From a virus (Duplodnaviria; Heunggongvirae; Uroviricota; Caudoviricetes): DNA of 64,000 nucleotides. Under the pieces are notes generated by a model. The model did not search any database. It saw only the letters and a program-made list of their open reading frames with translations, and was not told where the DNA came from. Location of the stretch: the IMG/VR virus record IMGVR_UViG_3300027819_000008, positions 27,405 through 91,404 of that record; one strand, given 5' to 3'. The position numbers and the translations under genes were made by a program. Numbering within the stretch: position 1 is the first letter of the stretch; the number at the start of each line of letters is the position of its first letter. Of the stretch, positions 40,484-49,636 are shown piece by piece.

Positions 40484-43239
40484 CAGTACGCGTCCCCCTC
40501 ACCGACGGTCGGCTGAGAACCCGCCAGGATGCGCCCGGCGTTCTCCGGGGAGAGGCTGTCGATGACCCGGGAGATCGGCACCTCCGCGGGCGCCGAGGTT
40601 CCGCTCCCGCGCGCCTCGGCCACCGCGGCGCGCACGGCCGGGGAGTTGGAGTAGGCGCGCGCCTTCGCGTCCCCACCGCTCAGCGACATGGCCCCCTCCA
40701 GCCCCCGCAGTGAAGCCGTGAGCACGGCCGCCTGCTCGGCGAGCGTGGCCATCCGCACCCCGAAGGACGCGAGGGCACTGTCCGCCTTCCCGGCCGCGTC
40801 TCCAACGCGCAGAACCTGGTTCCCGGCGCCGCGCAGGCTGTCCAGCTGCGTGCGGAACTCTCCCATCGGGCCGGTGTTGACGATGTTCTCGAATCCACCG
40901 CCCCGCCGCATCTGCGTGACCAGCTCCCGGACCTGGCGCTCCACCACCGACGGCACCCGCGTGAACGCCGGGGTCATGGCCTCCAGGCGCCCGATCAGGT
41001 TCTCCGTGAACTCTCGGCCGGCCTCGTTGACCTCGCGGTACATCAGGCCGCCCGAGTCCGACGCCGCGCGCAGCGCCTGCTGCATGGTCGCGGCCTCCTC
41101 GCGGATGCGGTTGATCTCCGACAGCCCCTTCAGCGCGCCGGGTGCGCCCGACACGCCGGCCCCGGCCGCGACGGCCTGCTTCTGGGCACCATAGAGGCCC
41201 ATCTGCGCACGGACGATCTCGGCGCTGGCCTTGGCCGCCGCATGGACGCGCGCCTGCTCCACGGCCTCCGCGGTGCGCGACCCCTCTCGGAGCATCTTGT
41301 CGAGCTCCTGGGTGCGCTTCGCGTACTCGCTCTGGACCACGCGCGTCTGGGCCGCGGCGGAGGCCCGGGCCGCGTCGTACATCTTGCCCTCGGCCTGGTA
41401 CGTGGCGACCACCGTGTCGTCGATCGCGCGCTGGCGGTCCACGGCCGCGTCGCGGGTCAGCTCCGCGGAGTCCTCCGCCACCTGCTTCCGCTTCGCGCGG
41501 TCCTGCTGCTCGGCCAGGGCGGTCTGCTGCGCGAGCTTCTCGCGGATCTTCACCCGCTGGTCCGCGGCCCACTGCTCCACCTCCACGGTGCGTACCATGC
41601 GGGAGAGCTCCTGGTCCAGCGCCCGGAGCTCGGCCGCTGCTCCGCGCTCCGCGCCGGCGATCTTGGCGGCGGTGGCGGCCCGCTCGGCATCGGTGCCACG
41701 GTTCAGGTTGCGCAGGCGCTGCTCGTGGACCTGCTCCTCGATTCCGCGTACGGCCTCGGCGGCCTGGGTCAGGCGGTCCCCGCGCTCGGTCGCGGCCAGC
41801 TGCTCCTCCCGGAGGGCCTGCAGGCGCTGCGTGCGCGCCGACTCCTCCTGTGCGGTCGTCTGGGCCAGGGCCTGTGCGCGGGCGTTCTGCAGCGTCAGCT
41901 CGGCGTTGATCTCGTAGTCCGACGAGGCGCGCAGGATGCGCAGGCGCTCGTCGAACATCTCCTCCACGGCCGCGCGCTCCCGCGCGATGATCCCGAGGCG
42001 CGCGTCGGCCGCGGCGGCCTCCGTGGTCGTCTGCAGGGACGCCGCGCGCTGGACGAGCTCGGTCTCCCGGGCCAGCTGCTGCCGCTTGGCGTCGAACGCC
42101 CCCGCCGTGCCGAGCTCCAGGCGCTGGACCGAGAGCTTGCCGACCCCGACCGCGTTGCGGGACGCGCCGTTGGCGATGGCGACCTCCGCGCGGGCCAGGT
42201 CCTCCTGCGCGCGCTCCATCGCGGACTCCGGCGACGTGGCCGCCGACCGCATGGTCGCGGCGCCCTCCCGCCGCTGCCGCACCGCGGCGATCTCGGCCTC
42301 GGTGTAGATGCGGCTGCCGGACAGCTCGAAGGCGGCACCCCCGAGGATGTCCCGGCCGCCAGCCGCGCCGGCCAGCAGGGCCTCCAGGGGGTTCCGGCTG
42401 TTCCGCCCGAGCGCCTCCACCTGGGCCGCGATGCTGCCGGCCACGTCCGCGACGTACCGCCCCGCGCTGACCAGCGCCGGGTACGTGGCGCGCGACACGA
42501 CCATGAACAGCCCCTCGGCCGAGAGCTTGAGCTCCTGGACGCGGCGGTTCATCTCCATCGCCGCGTCCTGGTCGGCCTGCGACCACGGCGGCTGCAGCGC
42601 GTTCGCGCGCTCCCCGAGCCGCTCCCACTCCTCGGACGTCGCGCGGAAGGCCGGAGACAGCTCCTTGAACCCGCGGCCGAAGAGCTGCATGCCCGTCGCG
42701 TTCTGTGCGGCCGCGTCGGTCATGGCCGAGATCTTGTCGCGCACCTCGAGCAGGAGAGCCCCCGGCTCCTTCAGCGCCCCGGACGCGCTGCGGATGGAGA
42801 TGCCGAGCTTCTCCAGCTGGGCCCCGCCGTTGTCGATGTCCGCCGACAGGCGGAGCAGGGCCACGTCCAGCGTGCCGACGTTCAGGCCGAGGAGGGTGAA
42901 CTTGTCCGCGAGGTCGTCCGCGTCGGTGACCGTCAGGCCCGAGACCGCGGACAGGCGCCGCGCCTCGATCCCCATCTGGCGGTACTTCTCCAGCGACAGG
43001 CCGACACCCGCGGCCAGCGCGGCGAACGAGGCCCCCGCGAGCGCGGTCGGGGAGTTGAGCGAGGTGAGGATGCGGCCGAGGGACACGCCCTGGACCCCGA
43101 CCCGCGCGAGCGCGCTGTCGAGCGCGCCGCCGGCCTTGGCCAGGCCCGCCTGTGCGGCCTCCGCGGCCTTGAAGCCGGAAACGAAGTTCCCGACGTCGGC
43201 CCGGAGGGTCGCGACCAGGTCCGCTACGTTGACTGCCAC
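40483..43239 (-). CDS. tail tape measure protein
   Basis: 918 aa. Ala/Glu/Arg/Gln-rich coiled coil throughout. Directly follows the G/GT chaperone pair. Confidence 0.85.
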   Translation of the reverse strand: MAVNVADLVATLRADVGNFVSGFKAAEAAQAGLAKAGGALDSALARVGVQGVSLGRILTSLNSPTALAGASFAALAAGVGLSLEKYRQMGIEARRLSAVSGLTVTDADDLADKFTLLGLNVGTLDVALLRLSADIDNGGAQLEKLGISIRSASGALKEPGALLLEVRDKISAMTDAAAQNATGMQLFGRGFKELSPAFRATSEEWERLGERANALQPPWSQADQDAAMEMNRRVQELKLSAEGLFMVVSRATYPALVSAGRYVADVAGSIAAQVEALGRNSRNPLEALLAGAAGGRDILGGAAFELSGSRIYTEAEIAAVRQRREGAATMRSAATSPESAMERAQEDLARAEVAIANGASRNAVGVGKLSVQRLELGTAGAFDAKRQQLARETELVQRAASLQTTTEAAAADARLGIIARERAAVEEMFDERLRILRASSDYEINAELTLQNARAQALAQTTAQEESARTQRLQALREEQLAATERGDRLTQAAEAVRGIEEQVHEQRLRNLNRGTDAERAATAAKIAGAERGAAAELRALDQELSRMVRTVEVEQWAADQRVKIREKLAQQTALAEQQDRAKRKQVAEDSAELTRDAAVDRQRAIDDTVVATYQAEGKMYDAARASAAAQTRVVQSEYAKRTQELDKMLREGSRTAEAVEQARVHAAAKASAEIVRAQMGLYGAQKQAVAAGAGVSGAPGALKGLSEINRIREEAATMQQALRAASDSGGLMYREVNEAGREFTENLIGRLEAMTPAFTRVPSVVERQVRELVTQMRRGGGFENIVNTGPMGEFRTQLDSLRGAGNQVLRVGDAAGKADSALASFGVRMATLAEQAAVLTASLRGLEGAMSLSGGDAKARAYSNSPAVRAAVAEARGSGTSAPAEVPISRVIDSLSPENAGRILAGSQPTVGEGDAY

Positions 43240-43480
43240 TACTTCGGCTCCTTGCCCGCGAGCTCCTCGACCGTCACGCTCTTACCCAGCGCGCTGAGGA
43301 CGTGCATCCACGGCAGCGCGGCCCACGCGCGCTCGTTGTACTTCAGCCGGGCGTAGGCCCGGTGGGCGCAGCGGAGCTCGGCCGGCGTCGCGGCTGCGAA
43401 CTCCGCGGGCTTCCACCCGAGCGAGTACGCGACCTCCTCCGCCGCGGCGAGCCACCCCGCTAGGGAGCGGTCGCCGCCTC
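43239..43480 (-). CDS. T-extension of the G/GT chaperone (probable programmed -1 frameshift product)
   Basis: The overlapping alternative frame is protein-like (LAGWLAAAEEVAYSLGWKPAEFAAATPAELRCAHRAYARLKYNERAW...) and ends exactly at the tape measure start. Confidence 0.4.
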
Positions 43481-43852
43481 GGCGTTTCCCGCGGGGTCCT
43501 CCGCGACGACGGCATCCGGGGACTGCACGACACCACCCCGGATCAGCGCGTCGCTGACGGCCTCGTAGAGCCGGGCGTACAGCTTCCGGTGCCCGTCCGC
43601 GACGTGCTTGGCGGCCTCGAGCTCCGCGTTGACCAGGACGCCGACCTCGCTGAGGGAGGGCGCCTTCGGGTCGTGGAGTGCGCCGGCCCAGAGCAGGGCG
43701 CGCAGGTCCCGCCAGCGCATGTCCCCCATCTCCGCGATGACGCGGAGGGCCGGCCGGCCGGCACCGAGCGCGGCCTCCATCTCGCACAGGGCGTTGAACG
43801 AGTACCGCAGCGGGAGCTCGCGGCCTCCGATCGTGACCTTGATGTCGTTCAC
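43460..43852 (-). CDS. tail assembly chaperone G
   Basis: GTG with an AAGGAG Shine-Dalgarno site (VNDIKVTIGGRELPLRYSFNALCEMEAALG). Lies between the tail-tube genes and the tape measure protein. Confidence 0.5.
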   Translation of the reverse strand: MNDIKVTIGGRELPLRYSFNALCEMEAALGAGRPALRVIAEMGDMRWRDLRALLWAGALHDPKAPSLSEVGVLVNAELEAAKHVADGHRKLYARLYEAVSDALIRGGVVQSPDAVVAEDPAGNAEAATAP

Positions 43853-43991
43853 AGCACTTCTCCTTTCGCGCGTTGAGGAAGCCGCCCAGCCGCGGGGGTG
43901 TCCCTGCCGGTGAGAAAAGGAGGAAACCCACCGGGCGGGGCCAGCGCGGCCACTGGACACCCGCCACCCCATCGGGGCGGCCGTTGGGTCT

Positions 43992-44399
43992 CTACGTTGC
44001 AGCCACCGTGCGGCTCAGGTCACCGGCCGGCATGAACTTCACGACCGCCGTCAGCAGGTCGCCGACCGCGCCGCCCATCGGCGGGTAGCTCTGGAGGAGC
44101 CACGTGGACTGGTACCGCGGGTTGGAGTCCGTGCTGCACGCGTTGCAGGCCCGGACCTCGATGCACGTCTGGCAGCCGACCATGCCGAACAGGTTGGCGT
44201 CCACGCACGTGTACTTCTGGAAGAACGTGACGTCCAGCGCCTGGCTCTTCAGGCCGCCGCGCTGCTTGCGCGTGCTGTCGCCCATCGCGGTCTCGTCGAG
44301 GCTGGCGGCCTCGTACGACAGCGCGAGCGACTGGACGGAGCCGGAGTAGTCCACCCCGTTGACGAGCAGCATCGCGTTCTTGAAGACGATCGTGGGCAT
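43992..44399 (-). CDS. tail tube / major tail protein paralog 1
   Basis: MPTIVFKNAMLLVNGVDYSG...ASLDETAMGDSTRKQRGGLKS, paralogous to 44799..45203. Confidence 0.45.
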   Translation of the reverse strand: MPTIVFKNAMLLVNGVDYSGSVQSLALSYEAASLDETAMGDSTRKQRGGLKSQALDVTFFQKYTCVDANLFGMVGCQTCIEVRACNACSTDSNPRYQSTWLLQSYPPMGGAVGDLLTAVVKFMPAGDLSRTVAAT

Positions 44400-44415
44400 G
44401 GTGTGTTCCCTCTTC

Positions 44416-44802
44416 CTACGGCTCGACCGCCAGCGACAGCAGCCACTTGTTTTCCTGGTTGCACGTCTGCGTCCACGCCGCCCGGTAGTACCGCCGCTGC
44501 GTGGACGTGGCGGACGCGCAGTTCCACGGGATGTACGACCACTGGGAGTCCCGGCACGTCTGCGACGTGTACGCGATGATGTCGGTGCCGGTGTTCAGCG
44601 CCGTGTACCCCGACGAGCTGTTCGCCTGCAGGAAGGCCTTGATGCCCCCCGCGGTGGAGCTCAGGATCTGCAGCCCCGCGAAGACGTTCACGTCGCAGGC
44701 GCGCCCCCCGAGGTCCATGACCGTGCCGGCGCCGGCTCCCGTGCACGCGCACGAGGTCCCGGTGACGGTGGCATTCTTGGCGGCGACCGCCCGCGTGATC
44801 AC
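44416..44802 (-). CDS. structural protein between the tail-tube paralogs
   Basis: 128 aa, Thr/Ser/Ala-rich. Confidence 0.3.
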   Translation of the reverse strand: MITRAVAAKNATVTGTSCACTGAGAGTVMDLGGRACDVNVFAGLQILSSTAGGIKAFLQANSSSGYTALNTGTDIIAYTSQTCRDSQWSYIPWNCASATSTQRRYYRAAWTQTCNQENKWLLSLAVEP

Positions 44803-45203
44803 AGGCCGATCCCCCGCCCGACCGCCTCGATGGAGAACGCCCGCAGGCTACCGACCTGCCCGCCGTCGATCGGGACCCACTTCAGCAGCTCCGCCTTGAA
44901 CTGGTAGCCGGAGCCCGTGGAGGTCGCGCCCTCCCCGATGGCCTCGGGGAACAGCGTCACAACAACGTCCTGCAGCGCGACCGAGTCGTGGAACACGGGG
45001 TCGACGTTGCCGGTGCACGCCTGGTAGAAGCCCCCGCCCGTCAGGCGCACGGTCTTCAGCCCCCCGCGCATCTTGCGCGTGGAGGCCCCGAAGGTCGTCT
45101 CGTCCAGCGGCTCCGCGGCGTAGTCCAGCGCGACCTTGTTGAACTGGCTCTCCAGCTGGTACCCCCCGAAGAAAATCTTGGCGTCGGTCAGCACGATGGC
45201 CAT
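44799..45203 (-). CDS. tail tube / major tail protein paralog 2
   Basis: MAIVLTDAKIFFGGYQLES...EPLDETTFGASTRKMRGGLKT. Confidence 0.45.
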   Translation of the reverse strand: MAIVLTDAKIFFGGYQLESQFNKVALDYAAEPLDETTFGASTRKMRGGLKTVRLTGGGFYQACTGNVDPVFHDSVALQDVVVTLFPEAIGEGATSTGSGYQFKAELLKWVPIDGGQVGSLRAFSIEAVGRGIGL

Positions 45204-45512
45204 CTACTCGTCCCCCTGCTCCCCGCACGCGCACACCCACGCCCCCGGCGCGCCCATGCGCGGGACCTCAGTGCGCCGCCCCGGTGGGTGCGCGCACGGT
45301 CCCTCCACCGGCGACGAGGTCTGGGCCTCCAGCGCCGCGTCGCACTGGGCGACGATCGCGGCGGCGGAGGCACGGACGGCGAGGAGCTGCACCCTGGTCA
45401 TGCTTCTATTTTGCTACGGCGCATGCGCGCACTTCCGGTCCCCCATGAAGTTCACTCACGAGGACGTCGCGAGGTCCCGCAGGACGGTGCTCTGGAGTAA
45501 GCGGAACATCTT

Positions 45513-45917
45513 TCATGAAGAAGTCGCAAGCTCTCGAAGAATTTCAAAATTGACCACGTACAGGTGGCGCCCGGCGTTGTCCTCCTCCAGGAAGAACGGG
45601 GCCTGGAGGGCCTCGATCCAGTGGTACAGGACGCCGTTGATCGCCACCGGCCCCAGGTGGTCCAGCGCGTGGTACGCGTCCTGGGCCCGCTTGTGGGCGG
45701 TGTCCGGGCGCGCCGCGCGGGCGCGCAGCTGGACGTGCGGGCGCTCGATCAGGGCCGTGCCGGCCGACGCGCTCATGGCGCGCTCGAGCGGCCCGCCCGC
45801 CGTCTGCAGCAGGACGAGGAGCTCGTCGGGTGTGGACGGCATGCTGGTCTTGAAGATCTCCGCCGCCGTGCCCACCCCCTGCGAGGTCAGCTTGTCCGCG
45901 AGGTCGTCCAGCAGCAC
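45513..45917 (-). CDS. tail terminator-like protein
   Basis: GTG overlaps the upstream TAG (TAGTG). 134 aa. Upstream there is a lower-GC 110-bp intergenic region. Confidence 0.3.
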   Translation of the reverse strand: MLLDDLADKLTSQGVGTAAEIFKTSMPSTPDELLVLLQTAGGPLERAMSASAGTALIERPHVQLRARAARPDTAHKRAQDAYHALDHLGPVAINGVLYHWIEALQAPFFLEEDNAGRHLYVVNFEILRELATSS

Positions 45918-46414
45918 TACTTCTTCCCCCTCACGTCGCGGGCGATCTGCACGGCTACGTCCTGGGCCAGGCGCTTGTCCATCCCGCGTCGCGCGTTGTT
46001 GGCCGGCGTCTCCAGGTACTTGAGCGGCCGCTGCCCGCGCTGCCCGATGGCGCGCGCGATGGCGAAGGCCGCCTCCTCGGGGATGCCCTTGCGCTTGGCC
46101 CACTTCCGGATGGCGTCCACCGGGGGCATGAACGGCGGCCGGCCGACGACCGGCCCCGTCCCCTCGTGGAGGTAGACCGCGTACCCGGAGGCGGCCCCGC
46201 CGTACCCCATCGTCACCACGACGCGGGTGCCCGAGACCACGGGGAGTTGGACGTGCCCGCTGCCCTTCAGCGTGCCCAGGTCCACCGGCACGTGGTGCTG
46301 CTTGGAGTCCGCCATGATCCGCTCGGCCTCGCGGTAGAGCGCGCGCCCGAGCATGAGGATCGGGCTGACCCGCAGGTTGGCCGGCGCCCCCGACATGACC
46401 CGGCTCAGCTTCAC
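45917..46414 (-). CDS. HK97 gp10-family head-tail joining protein
   Basis: VDLGTLKGSGHVQLPVVSGTRVVVTMGYGGAASGYAVYLHEGTG pattern. GTGA overlap start. Confidence 0.5.
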   Translation of the reverse strand: MKLSRVMSGAPANLRVSPILMLGRALYREAERIMADSKQHHVPVDLGTLKGSGHVQLPVVSGTRVVVTMGYGGAASGYAVYLHEGTGPVVGRPPFMPPVDAIRKWAKRKGIPEEAAFAIARAIGQRGQRPLKYLETPANNARRGMDKRLAQDVAVQIARDVRGKK

Positions 46415-46752
46415 GCGAGGAACACCGTGAGGTGGGTCCGGCCGACGTCGTCCGGGTACTTCCCGACCGCCAGGATCTTCGGCTGCCGCGCCCCCGCCTC
46501 CGTGGAGTTCACGTCCCCGGTGGAGAGGGTGATGCGGTCGTGCGCCCCGATCGCCGGCGACAGGTAGAAGTAGACCTGGTGCGTGGAGATGACCTCGTCG
46601 CCGGCGTCGTTGCGCACGAGGCGCCGCTTGCCGCTGACGCGCACCCGGTGGCTGACCGCCGCACCGTAGGAGGCTACGTTGTAGCTGTCCACCGAGGAGT
46701 ACGGCTCCACGGTCACGCTCTGCCGGTACAGGTCCGAGAGCTCGGGCATCAT
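46411..46752 (-). CDS. head-tail adaptor protein
   Basis: 113 aa. Position between the connector and the gp10-like gene. Confidence 0.35.
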   Translation of the reverse strand: MMPELSDLYRQSVTVEPYSSVDSYNVASYGAAVSHRVRVSGKRRLVRNDAGDEVISTHQVYFYLSPAIGAHDRITLSTGDVNSTEAGARQPKILAVGKYPDDVGRTHLTVFLA

Positions 46753-46755
46753 GGC

Positions 46756-47490
46756 TCAGGCGCTCCGCAGCATGTAGGAGTCCAGGGCTCCATTGAACGG
46801 GTCGGACCCCCCGCCGTCCCGGCGCGCCCCGTAGGAGACGCTGAGGTCCCCGACGCTGCGGCTGGAGACGCCCAGCGGGTTCGTGTACGCCTGCGCAGCG
46901 CGCAGCGCGACGGCCTGCGCGAGGTCGTCCGGCAGCGTTGGGCCGGTCGTCCACGTCGGGTCGTCGGTCGTGCGGCCGGTCGCGGTGCTCGTGGTCCCGG
47001 TCGGGCTGAACCCGGCAATGTACTCCACCAACCACGGGCGCGTGCGCTGCCCCGGGCGCCACGCCGGGGAGAGGCCCATGTTAAAGCACGTCTCCCCGGT
47101 CACGAGGTCGGCCGTCCACCGCCAGCCCGCGTCGCGGCTCAGCAGCCCCGCGTCCCAGCTCTCCACCCGGTAGTCGGTGGAGCAGATCTCCGTCGCGTCG
47201 GCCGTGGACGTGGAGTCGAAGAACCGGAGCACCTTGACCAGGGGGACGACGCCGAGCATGAGCCGGCGCCCGCCCGCGCTGTCCAAGGCCTCCGAGTAGA
47301 CCTGCTGGGCCAGCGTGTACCCGACCACCCGGTCGGCGTCCCGCGACGCGCGCCGGGCCAGGCGCCCGATGTAGTCCATCTCCTGGGTCGTGGCCACCAT
47401 CGCGGTGGAGGTGGACCGAAAGAGGACCATCATGACGTCGCCCGTCGTGGCGTAGTCGGCGTCCGCGGCGGTTGTGCAGACCTGAAACAC
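46756..47490 (-). CDS. head-tail connector protein
   Basis: 244 aa. Positioned after the head genes. Confidence 0.4.
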   Translation of the reverse strand: MFQVCTTAADADYATTGDVMMVLFRSTSTAMVATTQEMDYIGRLARRASRDADRVVGYTLAQQVYSEALDSAGGRRLMLGVVPLVKVLRFFDSTSTADATEICSTDYRVESWDAGLLSRDAGWRWTADLVTGETCFNMGLSPAWRPGQRTRPWLVEYIAGFSPTGTTSTATGRTTDDPTWTTGPTLPDDLAQAVALRAAQAYTNPLGVSSRSVGDLSVSYGARRDGGGSDPFNGALDSYMLRSA

Positions 47491-47736
47491 CTAGCCCTCC
47501 CAGGCGCGGGCGAGTCGGCCTACGCGGATACCGTTGGTCAGGAGCCCGAGCGCGTAGGTGGCGCCCCCGTTGGTGCAGTGGATCTCCAGCTCGTCCCCGC
47601 GCAGGCGCAGGCGCTTGCCGTCCGCCCGGGCCAGGAGGTCCTGGTCGAATGCGACGCTCGGGAACCACGTGGACAGGCGCTCGATGGCCCCGTCCTCGTG
47701 CACCGCGAAGCGCAGCGTCGGGCAGGTGAGGATCAC
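47491..47736 (-). CDS. hypothetical structural protein (81 aa)
   Basis: ORF in the structural module. Confidence 0.3.
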   Translation of the reverse strand: MILTCPTLRFAVHEDGAIERLSTWFPSVAFDQDLLARADGKRLRLRGDELEIHCTNGGATYALGLLTNGIRVGRLARAWEG

Positions 47737-48101
47737 GCCGGGGACCCCGCGGCGTGCGGTGCATCCGCCGAGGCCTCTCGCTGCAGGTCATCCAGGGAGA
47801 TGAGCCGGGCCACGACCGGCGCGTCGGCCTCCACGAGGAGGTGCCCGAGGAGCTCCAGCTTGATTTCCACCAGGTCCCCCACCCGCGCGCCGATGGCCAG
47901 AGCGCGGCAGGCGTGGCTGATATCGTGGCCGTCCACGAGCACCTGCCCCGTATGGGCGGCCGGGCTGGGGAAACGGACTACGAAGCTCGCGAACGGGTCG
48001 GCCGGCTTCCTGGTGGAGCGCGACAGGATCGCCAGCGCCAACGCGCGCAGGAGTTGAATCACGCCCGCTCTCCGCGCCGCGCCTTCAGAACGCTGCACCA
48101 C
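47733..48101 (-). CDS. hypothetical protein (122 aa)
   Basis: ORF in the structural module. Confidence 0.25.
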   Translation of the reverse strand: MVQRSEGAARRAGVIQLLRALALAILSRSTRKPADPFASFVVRFPSPAAHTGQVLVDGHDISHACRALAIGARVGDLVEIKLELLGHLLVEADAPVVARLISLDDLQREASADAPHAAGSPA

Positions 48102-48451
48102 CCGTTACTGAACCGCTCCGCGAAGGCCTCGATCGTGGTGATGGCGGTACGGTCACCGTCGTCATAGTGGACAACCGAGCGCCCCGCGTCGTCCACGAGG
48201 CGGGCGGCGAACGGTGGCTCGAAGGATGGCTGCCCGCCCGGGCCGGCTACGTAGCGACCGTAATAGGCGAACGCGGCCTCGGTCGCGGGGTTGAGATCGT
48301 AGACTTCCTCGTACACCCCCTCCTCCGCTCCGCACTGAGCGACCGGCTGAACCCCGAGGCGCGGCGCGCCCTCCGGGGGCTTCGGCAGGTCGGCCGCGAG
48401 GGCCGAAGAAAACGTTAGCAGGACAAGCACCGCGGCAATCAGGGATCGCAT
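48059..48451 (-). CDS. secreted protein (signal peptide)
   Basis: MRSLIAAVLVLLTFSSALAADLP signal peptide. Confidence 0.4.
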   Translation of the reverse strand: MRSLIAAVLVLLTFSSALAADLPKPPEGAPRLGVQPVAQCGAEEGVYEEVYDLNPATEAAFAYYGRYVAGPGGQPSFEPPFAARLVDDAGRSVVHYDDGDRTAITTIEAFAERFSNGWCSVLKARRGERA

Positions 48452-48464
48452 GGTCGAACTCCTT

Positions 48465-48740
48465 TCACGCCGAGGCCCACGCGCTGACCCCGACGAGGGG
48501 CCGCGACGTGCAGGAGCTCGACGTCGTCAGCAGGCCCAGGCTCCCGGTCGGCGGGATCGGGGACAGCACCGTGGCGCTGCACCCGGCGATGAAGTCACCG
48601 GCCGTCGTCGGGGCGCCCTTGAGGCTGTAGAACACGCGGTCGCCGCACGAGTTGTTGATCCGTAGGCCCACCGCCGCGAAGTCGAAGGTCAGCAGGTCGG
48701 TCGGGAAGAACCCGCCGGTCCAGGAGCTCGACGCGCTCAT
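48465..48740 (-). CDS. small structural protein, paralog group (1 of 3)
   Basis: MSASSSWTGGFFPTDLLTFDFAAVGLRINN... The start is uncertain. Confidence 0.3.
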   Translation of the reverse strand: MSASSSWTGGFFPTDLLTFDFAAVGLRINNSCGDRVFYSLKGAPTTAGDFIAGCSATVLSPIPPTGSLGLLTTSSSCTSRPLVGVSAWASA

Positions 48741-48783
48741 CAGGTGCCCGGTGGTGTGGAACTTCGGGGACTCGCTCACGGGC

Positions 48784-49083
48784 TTACCCTCCCGACGCAG
48801 CCAGCCGGGCCTGGCGGATGTCCGTCCCGTCCGTGGACGTGGACGTGGTGTAGAGGCCGAACACGTGAGAGCGGATGCCGGTCCACTCGTGAACCTGCCC
48901 CGGCGCAACGACCATGTCGGAGCAGGCGGCCTGCGAGGAGGCCACGGTCGCGCGCAGCGGAACGGTCCCGTCGTTGTGGACGCGCACGCGCGTGGCGTCG
49001 AACCCGAAGTCCACGCTGAGCAGCGACCCCGTGGAGGTCGTGCCCGCCGCGAGGTCGCTGGCGTACTGGCTGCCGGTGAGCAT
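48784..49083 (-). CDS. small structural protein, paralog group (2 of 3)
   Basis: MLTGSQYASDLAAGTTSTGSLLSVDFGFDATRVRVHNDG... Confidence 0.35.
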   Translation of the reverse strand: MLTGSQYASDLAAGTTSTGSLLSVDFGFDATRVRVHNDGTVPLRATVASSQAACSDMVVAPGQVHEWTGIRSHVFGLYTTSTSTDGTDIRQARLAASGG

Positions 49084-49097
49084 TTCTGTCTCTCCCC

Positions 49098-49625
49098 CTA
49101 CTCGCTCGTCTTGTAGTCGATCAGGACCGACAGCGCCGGCACGTTGTCGCAGGCGTTGAGGCTGGAGGCCCCGAGCATGATGTCCTGGCACGCGGCCAGG
49201 CAGGTGTAGGTCCCCAGCGTCATGATGATCGGCACCCCGACCGGCCCGATGGCGGTGGAGCAGAACGTGAAGGTCGCGACCTCCCCGTAGCAGCTCCAGA
49301 GCTGGAGGTTGCCGCCGGAGGTCACGGCCGAGAACGCGGTCAGGGGGACCAGCGCGACGCGGACCACCTCGGCCCGGACGCTCAGGCGCTGGACCGTGAA
49401 CGAGGTCGTCCCGAACCCGGTCCCCGCCGCGGGGTCGGGCGTCGCTCCCACGGCGCTGCGCGTGACCAGCGGCGTGGACGCCTTCTCGCTCGTCACCGAC
49501 CCCGCGGCGAGGTCGGCCGTCTCGACGTCGGCCGTGATGGTGCCGGCCTTCTGCTTGAAGATCGGCCGCGTCACGTTCCGGTCGAGGTCGACCACACTGT
49601 GCTGGGAGCCGGTGACGATGGGCAT
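49098..49625 (-). CDS. structural protein, paralog group (3 of 3)
   Basis: ATG with a GAGGAAAAG Shine-Dalgarno site. Sequence MPIVTGSQHSVVDLDRNVTRPIF... Confidence 0.4.
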   Translation of the reverse strand: MPIVTGSQHSVVDLDRNVTRPIFKQKAGTITADVETADLAAGSVTSEKASTPLVTRSAVGATPDPAAGTGFGTTSFTVQRLSVRAEVVRVALVPLTAFSAVTSGGNLQLWSCYGEVATFTFCSTAIGPVGVPIIMTLGTYTCLAACQDIMLGASSLNACDNVPALSVLIDYKTSE

Positions 49626-49636
49626 AGGCTTTTCCT

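Noticed and set aside
43992-45203. Calling the two 134-aa paralogs major capsid or Hcp-like proteins
   Set aside because: Position between the head-tail joining genes and the G/GT-tape-measure block, and small size, fit tail tube better. An HK97-type major capsid protein is clearly at 51812..53065.
45402-45512. Lower-GC 110-bp intergenic segment with a 38-codon ORF
   Set aside because: No Shine-Dalgarno site and no coupling to neighbouring genes. More likely a promoter or terminator spacer than a gene.
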